DNA of 64,000 nt, from contig CDRNVU010000048.1 of NCBI GenBank assembly GCA_977017645.1, forward strand, positions 7,006,001 to 7,070,000, given 5' to 3'. Numbering within the stretch: position 1 is the first letter of the stretch; every line of letters begins with the position of its first letter. Of the stretch, positions 52,440-64,000 are shown one piece after another. Made by a program: the position numbers and the translations under genes. The notes below the pieces were generated by a model. It was not told the origin of the DNA, made no database searches, and was given only the letters and a program-made list of their open reading frames with translations. The stretch comes from Torpedo marmorata (taxonomy: Eukaryota).

Positions 52440-53270
52440 TACAAAGATGATGCATGGATTGGAGAAAGTCTCTTTTGAGGCAGGACCTGGGGTTTTTCTC
52501 TTTGGAGAGAAGAAGGATGGATGAGAGGTGACCGAATAAAGGTCTACAATATTCTGTGAGGCATCGATAGTGTGAACAGCCAGAAGCCATATTCAAGGGT
52601 CGAGAGTATCAAACAAAAGAGGACATATGTACAAAGTTAGAGGAGAAAGGTTTAGGGGACACCTCAGGGCAGTGGGTTTCAAACTGCCCCCTGAACTCAC
52701 ATTCACCTTAAGCAATCCCTATGCCATAAGTGATCTGCGATTAGTAAGGCATGGCTTCAGGTGGTATGTGAGTGGAAAGAAAAAGGTTTGCAAACCACTG
52801 TTTTAATCGTACCTAATTGACTCCTTATGTGCACGGTTTCATAATTCCAAAGGAAATGGACCAATGGCAATTTTTCGCAAGCAAAATATTTCAGTCACAA
52901 TTGGGTCTAGGGCAGTGGTTCTCGACCTTCACTTCCCACTCACATACCACCTTAAGCAATCCCTTACCAATCACAGAGCAATTATGGCATAGGGTTTGCT
53001 TAAGGTGGAATGTGAGTTTAGGGGGGCAGTTTGAAAACCACTGCCTCAGGGATAGGTGTTTGTACGCAGAGAGTAATGTGTGCATGGAATGCATTGCCAC
53101 AGTTTGTGGTGGAAGCTGCTGCGACAGGGACATTTAAAATACGCTTAGACAGGCACACGATTAATGAAAAATAGAGTGAGACGGGGTAGGGAAGATTTTA
53201 TCTTTATGAGTAAGCTTACATATTACGGAATTAAATCGGTGGCAGAAGCGTCTGGATTGTACTGCAATGT
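52440..53270 (+). mobile_element. CR1 3' region interrupted by a hAT MITE
   Basis: 'FSLERRRM..' and 'RGHMYKVRGERFRG' before the MITE. CR1 3' sequence resumes after 53051. Confidence 0.8.
52670..53043. mobile_element. hAT (Charlie-like) non-autonomous MITE, composite structure
   Basis: TIRs cagtgggtttcaaact...agtttgaaaaccactg. Perfect 8-bp TSD cctcaggg at 52662-52669 and 53044-53051. Confidence 0.93.
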
Positions 53271-53829
53271 TCTCAGATCTATATTCAAACCAACCAGTAG
53301 AGGGTGCAGTTTACCCATCCTAAACCTCGTTTGGATGTGGTTATCTGACTGGACAATAGGACATCTGTGCAGACATCTCTCCTTTCACATTTTCAACGAC
53401 TATGCTGAGATGGTCAATTACAATTGAAGATTTCGGAAAGGATGGTGGATTGTTTATTTCTGCATTTTACGAGTTCATCCGTCACTGTGTGCATGAGAGC
53501 CAAGCCAGGTTTTGCACACTCAATGCCCAAGCCTGCTGTCCAGGTAAATAACCCCTCGGAGTTCTTGAGTATCGTTTCATAGACTTCATTTCACATGATA
53601 TATCAAGTGGAACAGGCAGCAGTCTCCACTGATTACCAATTATAAAATCTACATTTACAATAACGTATAAGGATGGACAAAATTCTTTATACTGAAATCA
53701 TGATGACATTAATTTAATTAATGTCTTTGCAAAATGTATCTCGATCTTGACTCAGTTTTTGATAATTACAAACTTACATTTGTCTAATTGTAAGAAAATC
53801 TCATCATTAACATCTGGTAGCGTCCTTGA

Positions 53830-56020
53830 ATACAGTCAAGTTGAGTCACACGTAGATAGGGTGGTGAAGAAGGCATTTGGTATGTTGGCCTTCATAAATC
53901 AGAGTATTGAATATACGAGTTGGGATGTCATGTTGAAGTTGTATAAGGCATTTGTGAGGCCAAATTTGGAATATTGTACGCAGTGTTGGTCGCCGAATTA
54001 CAGGAAGGATATAAACAGAATAGAGAGAGTGCACAGAAGATTTACAAGAATGTTCAGAATCAGAATCAGAATCAGAATTTATTGTCATGAACAAGTCATG
54101 AAATTCGGTGCTTTGCGGCAGCATCATAGTGCAATTAACATTCATATTAACCATTCTAACGACATTACTATATAAAAAATTATAAACAATAGTGCACTAG
54201 TGTCTTTGGTTCATTGATTGTTCAGGAATCTGATGGCAGCGGGGAAGAAGCTGACCTTGTGCCGTTGAGTGCTCGTCTTTAGGCTCCTGTACCTTTTCCC
54301 CGATGGAAACAGCGTGAAGAGGGCATGGCCTGGGTGGTGGGGGTCCTTGAGGATAGAGGCTGCTTTATTAAGACATCGCCTCATGTAGATGTCCTCGATG
54401 GAGTGAAGTTTGGTGCCCGTGATGTCACAGGCCGAGGTAACAACCTTCTGGAGTTTGCTCTTGTCCTGGGAGTTGGCACCACCATACCAGGCAGTGATGC
54501 AACCAGCTAGAATGCTCTCCACGGTACACCTGTAGAAGTTCACGAGAGTCTTTGGCGACATACCGGATCTCCGCAATCGCCTCACAAAGTATAGCCGCTG
54601 ACGAGCCTTCTTTGTGATTGCATCCACGTGGATGCTCCAGGACAGATCCTCGGAGATGTTGACACCCAGGAATTTGAAGTTCTTGACCCTCCCCACGACT
54701 GAGCCCTCGATGAGGACTGGGTTGTGTTCCCCTGACTTCCTCCTGAAGTCCACAATCATCTCCTTGGTTTTGCTGACGTTGAGCTCGAGGTTGTTGTCAT
54801 TACACCATTCAATGAGCTGATCTATCTCCCTCCTGTACGCTTCCTCATTGGCGTTTGTGATTCTGCCGACAACTGTGGTGTCATCGGCAAACTTGTATAT
54901 GGCATTGGAATTGTGCCTGGCCACACAGTCATGAGTGTATAACGAGTAGAGCAGTGGACTAAGCACGCATCCCTGGGGTGCGCCTGTGTTGATAATCAGT
55001 GTGGAGGAGACGTTGTTTCCAATTCGTACTGACTGTGGTCTTCCGATGAGAAAGTCAAGGATCCAGTTGCAGAGTGGGGTACAGAGGCCTAGAGTTTGTA
55101 GCTTCTTGACCAGCACTGAGGGAATAATGGTATTGAAGGCCGAGCTGTAGTCTATGAAGAGCAGCCGTATGTATGAATTGCTGTTTTCGAGGTGATCCAG
55201 AGCTGAGTGGAGAGCCAGCGATATTGCATCTGCTGTGGAGCGATTGTGACGATAGGCGAATTGCAGTGGGTCCAGATCTTTGCTTAGGTATGTGTTAGTT
55301 CTGGCCATGACCAGCCTCTCAAAGCATTTCATCACAGTAGAAGTTAGTGCTACTGGGCGATAGTCGTTGAGGCAGCTCACACTACTCTTCTTGGGCACCG
55401 GGATGATTGATGCCATTTTGAAGCAGGTGGGAACCTCTGACTGCCGCAATGAGAGATTGAAAATGTCCGTGAACACTCCGGCTAGTTGGTTGGCGCAGAT
55501 TTTCAATACCCTGCCAGGTACGCCGTCAGGGCCTGACGCCTTGCGAGGGTTCTGTTGCCAGTGTTTCTGGGTTTGAGTTATAGGGAAAGGTTGAACAGGC
55601 TGGGACTTTATTCCTGGAGCGTAGAAGGTTGAGGGGTGATTTTATAGAGGTATTTAAAATTATGAAGGGGAAAGATAGAGTCAATGTGGACAGGCTTTTT
55701 TCCATTGAGAGAGGGGAAAATTCAAACAAGAGGGCATGGATTGAGATTGAAGGGGGAAAAGTTTAGAGGAAACATGAGGGGGAATTCCTTCACTCAGAGG
55801 GTGGTAGGAGGGTGGAACGAGCTTCCAGCCGAAGTGGTAGATGCATGTTCAATTTTAATTTTTAAGGAAAAGTTGGATAGGTATATGGACGAGAGAGGTG
55901 TGGAGGGTTCTGGGCTGGGTGCGGCTCAGTGGGACTAGGTGGGAGAATGTGTTCGGCATGGACTCGAAGGGCCGAACTGGCCTGTTTCTGTGCTGTAAAT
56001 TTTATATGGTTATATGGTTA
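53830..56020 (+). mobile_element. CR1 3' part (53830-54055 and ~55553-56020) split by a Rex1/Babar insertion
   Basis: 'LYKAFVRPNLEYC...RRFTRM' resumes as '[12 protein letters not shown]...TRGHGL'. (atatggtt)n tail. 'tgtt' duplicated. Confidence 0.92.
54056..55552 (-). mobile_element. Rex1/Babar-clade LINE, 5'-truncated, with an uninterrupted RT ORF (54211-55506)
   Basis: 431-aa ORF with [27 protein letters not shown] and KFADD. (aatcag)n tail. Confidence 0.95.
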
Positions 56021-58265
56021 TAAGTGTAAAACATCTAACTTTAGCTTGAGAAAGGGAAAGGAATTATAAACCCTTCCAAAATTATTTTTAATAGATATTC
56101 GTCCTTCTTGCGTCTCCTGCGCAAACATAATATCGACCTGAAACCTTCTAATTATATTAAATACCTTTCTTCGTTTAATAGGGTGATTGAGGCCGTTACA
56201 ATTCCAAGAAATAAAATTAAATGTATTTTTAGCCATATTAATATTAAGATTAATAAAATTAATAAGGGAAGCTTGTCGCGCATGTACAAACACATTCGCA
56301 AAAGGGCGATAGAGCACAGCATGAACAATAACAAAAACACAAATTACAAATTCCAAAACCATTCAAAGTTGATCATGGAAAAACAAAAGTTATAGTAATT
56401 AATAAAACCCCCACCCCCAATGGCCGAAAACTACCCAATAAGTGGGCACAAGCTTAAGCTACTCATCCCTTGACCCCTATCTCCAAGTGAGAACGCTCCA
56501 AACATGAATTACAAAGTTATGTTTGTTCCCACACATTACAGACAAAACAAACTGAGTTCTGCGTAGCAAGCCATCAAGAAACAATGTTAACTGTCCATAA
56601 ATTACAAGGTTGAAAGAACTGATCGCCATTTTACAAATCCAGCACAGTATAAACCGTTAATTAATTAATAAGAAAGATCACCAAAGGTAACAGCCTGTAA
56701 AGTTAAACTATATATATTAAAACAGGGGGAAAAAAAACCCTATTACTTTTTATTTAAGCAAAAAAGATATATAAAGAGAGAAAGGAGAAAGAAAGGAGTG
56801 AGTCCAAAAATATCTTCAGCCATAACATCTCATAGCCAGGAAACAGTTCATGGAGATTGGTACGGATCTTCCAGGTACTTCCAAGCTTGATCTGGAGTAG
56901 TAAACAATGTGGAGGGACCATTCTTAGGAAACCCTTCAAACGAGCAGGAAAACGAAGTTGTTTTTCATGGAACTCAGACATGACGTCTTACAATTTCATT
57001 CTCTCTGCCAAGACTTCAGGGCAGTAATCTTCCACAATACGTAAATAGATATCCCGAAAATTTGGCATACTTCGCCTACGAGCCTCTCTGATTATAGCGT
57101 CCTTTGTTTGAAAGGAGAGAATAACAGGTCGAGTTTAACTTCGGGTGGAGGTTTTGACCTCAGAGCACGATGTGCCCGATACAAAATTGGAGGTTGACTC
57201 AGCACTAAATTAAACAAATCAAACAGCATGTCTGAGAAAAGTTTAATCGGGTCAGAAGCTTCAACACCTTAAGGAAGTCCAAAGATACGTAATTTCTGTC
57301 TCCGATTTCTGCTATCTAAGTCGATAAATTTATGTTTATATTTTTGAAAATCAGCTGCAGTCTACCGAAAATGTTCTTCAAAGGCATTAATTCTTTTTTT
57401 CCAAAGTGGCAATATGCTCCGACTGATCTTGATAATCCGTAGAAAGCTTGTTATATTTTTATTATAAGTCGTCAAAACGCCCTTGAAACTTTGTAATTGT
57501 TTGATCCAGGGCCTCATAATACACGTTCCAATTGTCAATGTTCACTTCCATTCTTGCAAGAATTTCTTCAACAGATTTAGAGGCTTAGGATTCAGAACCT
57601 TTTCTTCCATTTTCCCTTGTATTGGTTCAGGAACTGTCCTTCCACTTTTACCTCTGACATTTAGAGGGAAATCTTTTTAAAATTCCGAGAAAGAACATAT
57701 TTTACATATTAAAATATCTGTTAGGTAGTGGGAAAAAAGATTAGATGTTCAAGAGCAACACCAAAGACGTGTAACTCCATCGGCCACCAGCTGGAGTTTA
57801 TTGATTCCAAGGTTGCATTTGAACATTTTAATACAATATCTGATGTAGCAGGAAGATTTTTAAAAGTTACTGGTTCATTGGGAAATAATAAGGTAGTAAT
57901 CGTTAATATATATGCTCCTAATATCGACTGTCCTGAATTTCTTCAAAAAGTTTTGAATTCCCCACCTAATTTGAAGGAATACGTGCTGATTACGGGTGGA
58001 GATAGTAACTGTTGCTTAAATCCTCTGATTGACAGGTCCTCCGCCATTCAGACACTTCCAAATAAATCAGCCAGTTATATTAACTCTTTCCTGTTGGACT
58101 ATGTTTTAGTAGATATAGGTAGATTTTACTCCCGAAGGAAAATGAATTTTCTTTCTTTTCTCACGTATACCATAATTATTCGAGAATACATTATTTTTTT
58201 ATTGATACACGATTGATGCATTAATAGGAAAATGTGAATGCGATGCAATCGTGGTTTCTGATCAT

Positions 58266-59803
58266 ATAACCATATAACCATATAACAATTACAGCACGGC
58301 AACAGGCCATTAGGCCTTTCCAGTCCGCACCGAACCAAACATTCCTATCTAGTCCCACCTACCTGCACCCTGCCCATAACCCTCCACTTCCTTCTCATCC
58401 ATATACTTGTCCAACTTTTTCTTAAATAATAAAATTGACTCTGCCGCCACTACTTCTCCCGGAAGCTCATTCCACACCGCTACCACTCTCTGAGTAAAGA
58501 TGTTCTCCCTCATGTTACCTCTAAACCTCTGCCCCTTAACTCTTAGCTCATGTCCTCTTTTTTTCAATCTCTCCTATTCTTTTTTTTTTTTTTTTTAATA
58601 TTTTATTTTAAGGTTTTCAATTTTATCACAATAATACAAAATAATGTAAAATATACATTAAACATCCGTTAAGTTCAATACATAGGAGTTTCGTATTACC
58701 ATGAATCTAACCCCATCTAAACCACCCTTACTAAAACAACCCACCCTCCACCCTTCCCATCCCTTATCCCCTCCCCATACTTGAACTAAAAAAGAAAAGA
58801 GAAGGGAAAAGTACAATTGAAAATTACAATTGCAAATATATCTATACACATCCATGGCTCGATGTAAGAGACTCAGCAATGGAAATAGTCTATCCACATC
58901 CACTCTGTCTATCCCTTTCATAATTTTAAATACCTCTATCAAATCCCCTCTCAACCTTCTACGCTCCAAAGAATAAAGACCTAATCTGCTCAATCTCTCC
59001 TTGTACTCTAGGTACTTAAACCCAGGTAACATTCTGGTAAACCTTCTCTGCACTCTCTCTACCTTGCTGATATCCTTCCTATAATTTGTCGACCATAACT
59101 GCACACAGAACTGTAAATTAGGCCGCACCAAAGCCTTATATAATCTCAACATCACTTCCCAACCCCTATATTCTATGCAATGATTGATAAAGGCTAGCAT
59201 ACTAAAAGCCTTCTTCACCACCCTATTCACATGAGTTTCCACCTTCAGGGAACGATGCACCATTATTCCTAAATCTTTCTGCTCTTCTGTATTCATTAAT
59301 GCTCTCCCATTTACGACATATGTCCTATTCTGATTCTTCTTACCAAAATGAAGCACCTCACACTTATCAGCATTAAATTCCATCTGCCATTTTTCAGACC
59401 ACTTTTCTAAGCAGCCCAAATCCCTCTGCAATCCTTGAAAACCTTCTTCATTAGCCACTATTCCACCTATCTTAGTATCATCTGCATATTTACTAATCCA
59501 GTTTACCACCCCATCATCTAGATCATTGATATATATAACGAACAACAATGGGCCCAATACAGATCCCTGAGGCACACCGCTGGTCACCGGCCTCCAACTT
59601 GACAGACAATTATCCACTACCACTCTCTGGCTTCTCCCTTCCAGCCAATGTTCAATCCATTTGACTATCTCAGAATTTATACCTAAAGACTTCACCTTCC
59701 TAACTAACCTTCCATGCGGAAGCTTATCGAAGGCCTTACTGAAGTCCATATAGACAACATCCACCGCGCTACCCTCATCCACATTCCTAGTCACCTCTTA
59801 GTC
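58266..59803 (-). mobile_element. CR1 LINE, 5'-truncated, inserted in the L1 endonuclease
   Basis: ORF 58658-59794 (DFSKAFD, PQGSVLGP, YADDTK). TSD atcat at 58261-58265 and 59804-59808, within the SDH codons. (aaccatat)n tail. Confidence 0.95.
58580..58877 (-). mobile_element. Short L1-type 3'UTR/poly(A) insertion nested in CR1
   Basis: Poly-T run and a G-rich (minus) tract like the other L1 3'UTRs. Interrupts otherwise contiguous CR1 sequence. Confidence 0.7.
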
Positions 59804-62062
59804 ATCATGCACCTTTAAAGCTTTCTGTTGAAATCTCCGGTGTCACTTCTGGAGTGCAACAATGGCGGTTCAATTCTGCTCTGCTTCAGGATGAGAAATT
59901 TATTAGCTTTATGAAAGATCAGATTTATTTATTTTATCAGACAAATTCCAAGGAAGGAATATCCTATCTGGTAATTTGGGATGCACTTAAAGCATTTCTA
60001 CGAGGACAAATAATATCTTATTCTGTTATAAAACGTACCGAAAGTAAATTGACATTACTTGATAATAGAATTAAAGAGATTGACAGATTATATTCTATTA
60101 CACCCAGTCTAGACCTTTATAAGGAAAGAGTAGAATTTCAAACTCAGCATGACTTATTATTAACTTACCCCATCGAGAATCAACTACTTAAACTTAAAGC
60201 TCAATTTTATGTTCAGGGAGAGAACTCAGGTAAGCTGTTGGCTGGTCAGCTAAAGGCAGCTGCAGCTAAAAGACAAATCATAAAGATACGTAAGAAGGAT
60301 GGAAACTTAACTTTTGATCATGCTGAAATTAATGAAGTGTTTTAGGAATTGTATTCAGATCTATACAAATCTGAATTTCCTGATAATTCTATTTTAATGT
60401 ATAAATTTTTACAACGGTTGAATATTCCTAAAATATCATCAGAAAATCAAAACTTGTTGGAAGCTCCAATTTCAGAGTCGGAAGTTTCCCAAGCTGCATT
60501 TTATCTTCAATCTGGCAAGGACCCAGGTCCGGATGGCTTTACGGTGGAATTTTTAAAATCATTTACTAACTTACTTACTCCTCAACTATGTAAAGTGTTT
60601 GAAAATTCCGTTTTCTTTGGGACCCTACCGGCAACTTTTTATGAATCATCATTTACACCGGTTCCTAAAATGATTTAATATCTGACATAATGTACTTCCT
60701 ATAGGCCAATTTCTTTGTTGAATATAGATTTTAAGGTTCTTTCTAAGATTGTAGCCGGCAGGTTGTAAAATATTCTTCCTTCTGTTATATCTAAAGATCA
60801 GACCTTATTTATTAAAAATCGATATTCACATTTCAACATCCGTAGATTAATGAACATTATTTATTCCCCTTCGGACACAATTCCAGAATGTGTAGTTTCT
60901 CGAGATGCAGAAAAGGTTTTGACAAAGTGAGTGGAACTATTTATTTGAAATATTAAGGATATTTAAATTTGGTATGGGTTTTATATCATGGATTAATTTG
61001 ATCTATAGTACCCCCTTAGCTGTGGTATTTACTAATAATAAAAATCCTCCTCATTTAGGTTGTTTAGGGGAACTAGACAGGGATGTTCCCTCAGCCCCTT
61101 TCTATTTGATCCAGCTTTAGAACCTCTGGCAACAGCCCTTAGAGACTCTCATGAGGTTCAAGGGATTGTCAGAGACGGAGCAACTCATGGTTTATTTGTA
61201 TGCAGATGACTTATTAGTTTATATTTCAGATCCCGAATGATATACCCAGTTATGTTATCTGTGTTTTCTCAATTCAGCTCTTTCTCTGGATATAAATTAA
61301 ACCTTCATAAAAGTGAACGTTTTTCCGATTAATATGCTCAAATTCCATTTCAGATTTTTGGATATAATTTCACATACATAGAGGTTAAATTACTAAAATG
61401 TATAAAGATTTATATAAACTCACTTTTTCTCCTCTATTTGAATATGTGAGATTGTCTTTTTTCTTGATGGTCTCCTTTGTCGTTACCTTTAATAGGTAGT
61501 ATTAATGTAGTTAAAATGATAATATTACCTACGTTTTTATATTTATTTCAAGCAATTCCAGTTTTCATTCCGAAATCCTTTTTAATAATATTGACTCAAA
61601 ATTTTTTCCTTTATTTGGAAGAAAAAAAAACCCCAAGAATTAGTAAATTGAATTTACAAAAAATTTAAAAAGATGGAGGTATGGCCTTACCTAATTTTAT
61701 ATTTTATTATTGGGCGGCTAATATTCGCTGTCTAACATTTTGGATTTTTTATTCTGATAAATTGGATCGTCCATTATGGACAGAATTAGAATTGACATCT
61801 GTACAGCAATATTCAGTGGCCTCTTTATTGGGTGCCTCCCTTCCATTTAGCTTTTCCAAAATCAATAGGAATATATCTAATCCAATACTCAAACACACAT
61901 TACGAATCTGGTTCCAATTTTGATTTTTTTTAAATTTAAATTAACTTTGTCTAATCTGGTGCAATCTCTCAAAACTATTTTTAGACCATCAATATTTGAT
62001 CAATGTTTCTCTCCATGGAAAATCAAAGGTATTGTTTCTTTTGCAAATTTATTTAAGGAAGT

Positions 62063-64000
62063 TTTTTTTGTTTTGTTTCAAATATTTTATTTAAAATTTT
62101 AAATCACAAAGTACATAAAATAAAATATAAAATTATCAAATTACATGTGATACATTTTTACCCTCCCCTCCCTCCCTCCCCTCCTTACACTCCCAGCCCC
62201 CTGACTCACCGATGAGGTGCAGTCGAGTCGCATAGTACACTGTTCGGCCCAGCCTACAACCACGCCGAAAGCACGGGGAGCCCATACTAATCTACCAAAA
62301 CAAAAAATAGAAAAGAAAGAAAAAGATAGAGTAAGGAGAATGTCAATCTAAAAAGTACATCTATAAACTGATTTTATTGTGGAGGATAGGTTCGCCAGTC
62401 AGATGCGATGTCCAGAGATCTTGAAATCCTTAAACCAACAGATTTTATATACGGGCTCCATATTTTAAAAAATAAATGATATTTATTAAGTAAATTATAA
62501 GTAATTTTTTCAAGAGGTATACATGAACGAAGTTCTGCATGCCATCTTTCTAACCATAAATCGACATCAGATTTCCATGTAATAGCAATGCATTTCTTAG
62601 AAACAGCTAAATGAATTTGCAAAAAATATATTTGATACATATTTAATTTCATCTTAATACTATTTTTTTAATATCTCCAAACAAAAATATCATAGGGTCC
62701 AATGGAAATGTAATACTCAATACTTTATCTGAAAAGTTTTTAACTTTCAACCAAAAATCATATATCTTTGGACAAAACCATGTAGAATGTACAAAAGAAC
62801 CTTCATCTCTATTACATCTAAAACATAAACCTGATAATGTCGAATTAAATGTCTTTAATTTTTTAGGCGTTAAATATAATTGATGAAAAAAAATTATTGA
62901 ACTAATCTATATCTAACGTTAATAATCTTCGTCATATTTAATTTACATAATTCTTTCCAATGTTCTTCATCTATTGTTACATTCAAATCTGATTCCCATT
63001 TTAATCTTGATTTATGAATTCCTACTTTAGGGATTTTTCTCTGAAACAATCTATACATTTGAGAAATAAATTTATTTACACCTCCATTAGTAACTAATAA
63101 TTCTAGTTCACTCTGTCTTGGTAGAGTCAAACTTTTACCCAACTTCCCAACTAAAAATGCTCTAATTTGATAATAAGCAAAAAGTGTATTATTCAATACA
63201 TTAAACTTATCTTTCATTCTTTGAAAAGTAATAAATTTACTAGCTTCAAAACAATCATTTATTTTCTTAATTCCCTTTTGGAACCAAATTTTAAATAATT
63301 GATTATCAACAGTAAATGGAACAAGTTTATTTTGATATAAAGGCATTTTGCGAGAAATCAAGCCTTTCCCTCTTATCTCACTATCCACTCTATTCCATAT
63401 TTCTAACAAATGTTTTAAAATAGGAGAATTCTTCCCGCTTATTAATAATAATGTAGAATTCCATTTATAAATAAGTTCTTCTTTCAAATCTTCTCCTATA
63501 TTATTTAATTCTATTCTAATCCAAGCAGAAGACTTACCTAAATCAAACATTTCATTAGCAAATTTTAATTGAGCTGCTTTATAGTAATTTTGAAAATTAG
63601 GAAGTTGTAAACCACCCATTTCATAATTACAAGTTAATTTCTCCATACTTACTCCAGCCAACTTTCCTTTCCACAAAAAATTCCTAATAATTAAATTTAA
63701 ATCCTTAAAGAATTTCAAAGGAATTTCGTAAGGAATTGATTGGAAAAGATATTGAACTCTTGGAAAGACATTCATTTTAATACAGTTTACCCTTCCTGTT
63801 AAATTTATAGGTAAATCCTTCCAACTTTCTAAATCTTTTTTAATTTTCGTAAATAATGGTAGATAATTTAATTTATATAAATTAGCTAATTTTGTATCAA
63901 TCTTTATTCCCAGATATTTAATTCCTTACTTTGACCATTTGAATTGTGTAATTTCTTTACATTTACGATAATCCCCTTGTGTCTATGCCATAATTAAACT
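62063..64000 (-). mobile_element. L1 family A 3' part, running off the window
   Basis: ORFs 62894-63775 and 62374-62652 are collinear with the copies at 3150 and 15170. Confidence 0.95.

Larger units (their letters stand above)
56021..62060. mobile_element. L1 (family B) with inverted 5' part: 5'UTR-ORF1-EN N-terminus on - (56021-57790), rest of ORF2 on + (57797-62060)
   Basis: Minus: ORF1 'DLDSRNRRQKLRIFGLP', 'RAHRAL', 'LRFPARLK' and ORF2 'ISWNCNGLNHPIKRRKV...QET'. Plus: 'IDSKVAF..D..GRF', 'NIYAPN', 'GGD.N', 'SDH', 'WRFN', 'RGTRQGCSLSP', 'YADD'. Confidence 0.9.

Noticed and set aside
58658-58877. Novel C-terminal extension on the CR1 RT ORF
   Set aside because: Chance read-through into a nested L1 3'UTR insertion.

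Overview
Eukaryotic, vertebrate-like genomic DNA, most likely from a cartilaginous fish (shark or ray). This is inferred from V-SINE/HE1-type SINEs, CR1/HER1-type LINEs, Rex1/Babar and Penelope remnants and the receptor family present. Most of the window is nested, decayed retroelements: L1, CR1, Rex1/Babar, Penelope, two Gmr1-like Gypsy proviruses with PR-IN-RT-RH order, one BEL/Pao element, SINEs and a hAT MITE. The host content is two apparently intact, convergently oriented, two-exon class A GPCR genes of a GPR139/GPR142-like family. Gene 1 is on + (11007-11076 joined to 13988-14895, 325 aa). Gene 2 is on - (48856-48802 joined to 47508-46556, 335 aa). The ORF track does not join their short first exons to the main exons. 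The two receptors share intracellular motifs almost exactly but differ strongly on the extracellular side. With possible relic copies near 0.8 and 2.7 kb, this suggests a birth-and-death receptor cluster, possibly chemosensory. Other notable signals are two twin-priming-type 5'-inverted L1s, a Penelope-borne minimal hammerhead motif, a composite hAT MITE and an unexplained 79-nt CpG-rich insertion. All calls come from reading the sequence by eye with no database search. Repeat boundaries are approximate unless a TSD or terminus is quoted.
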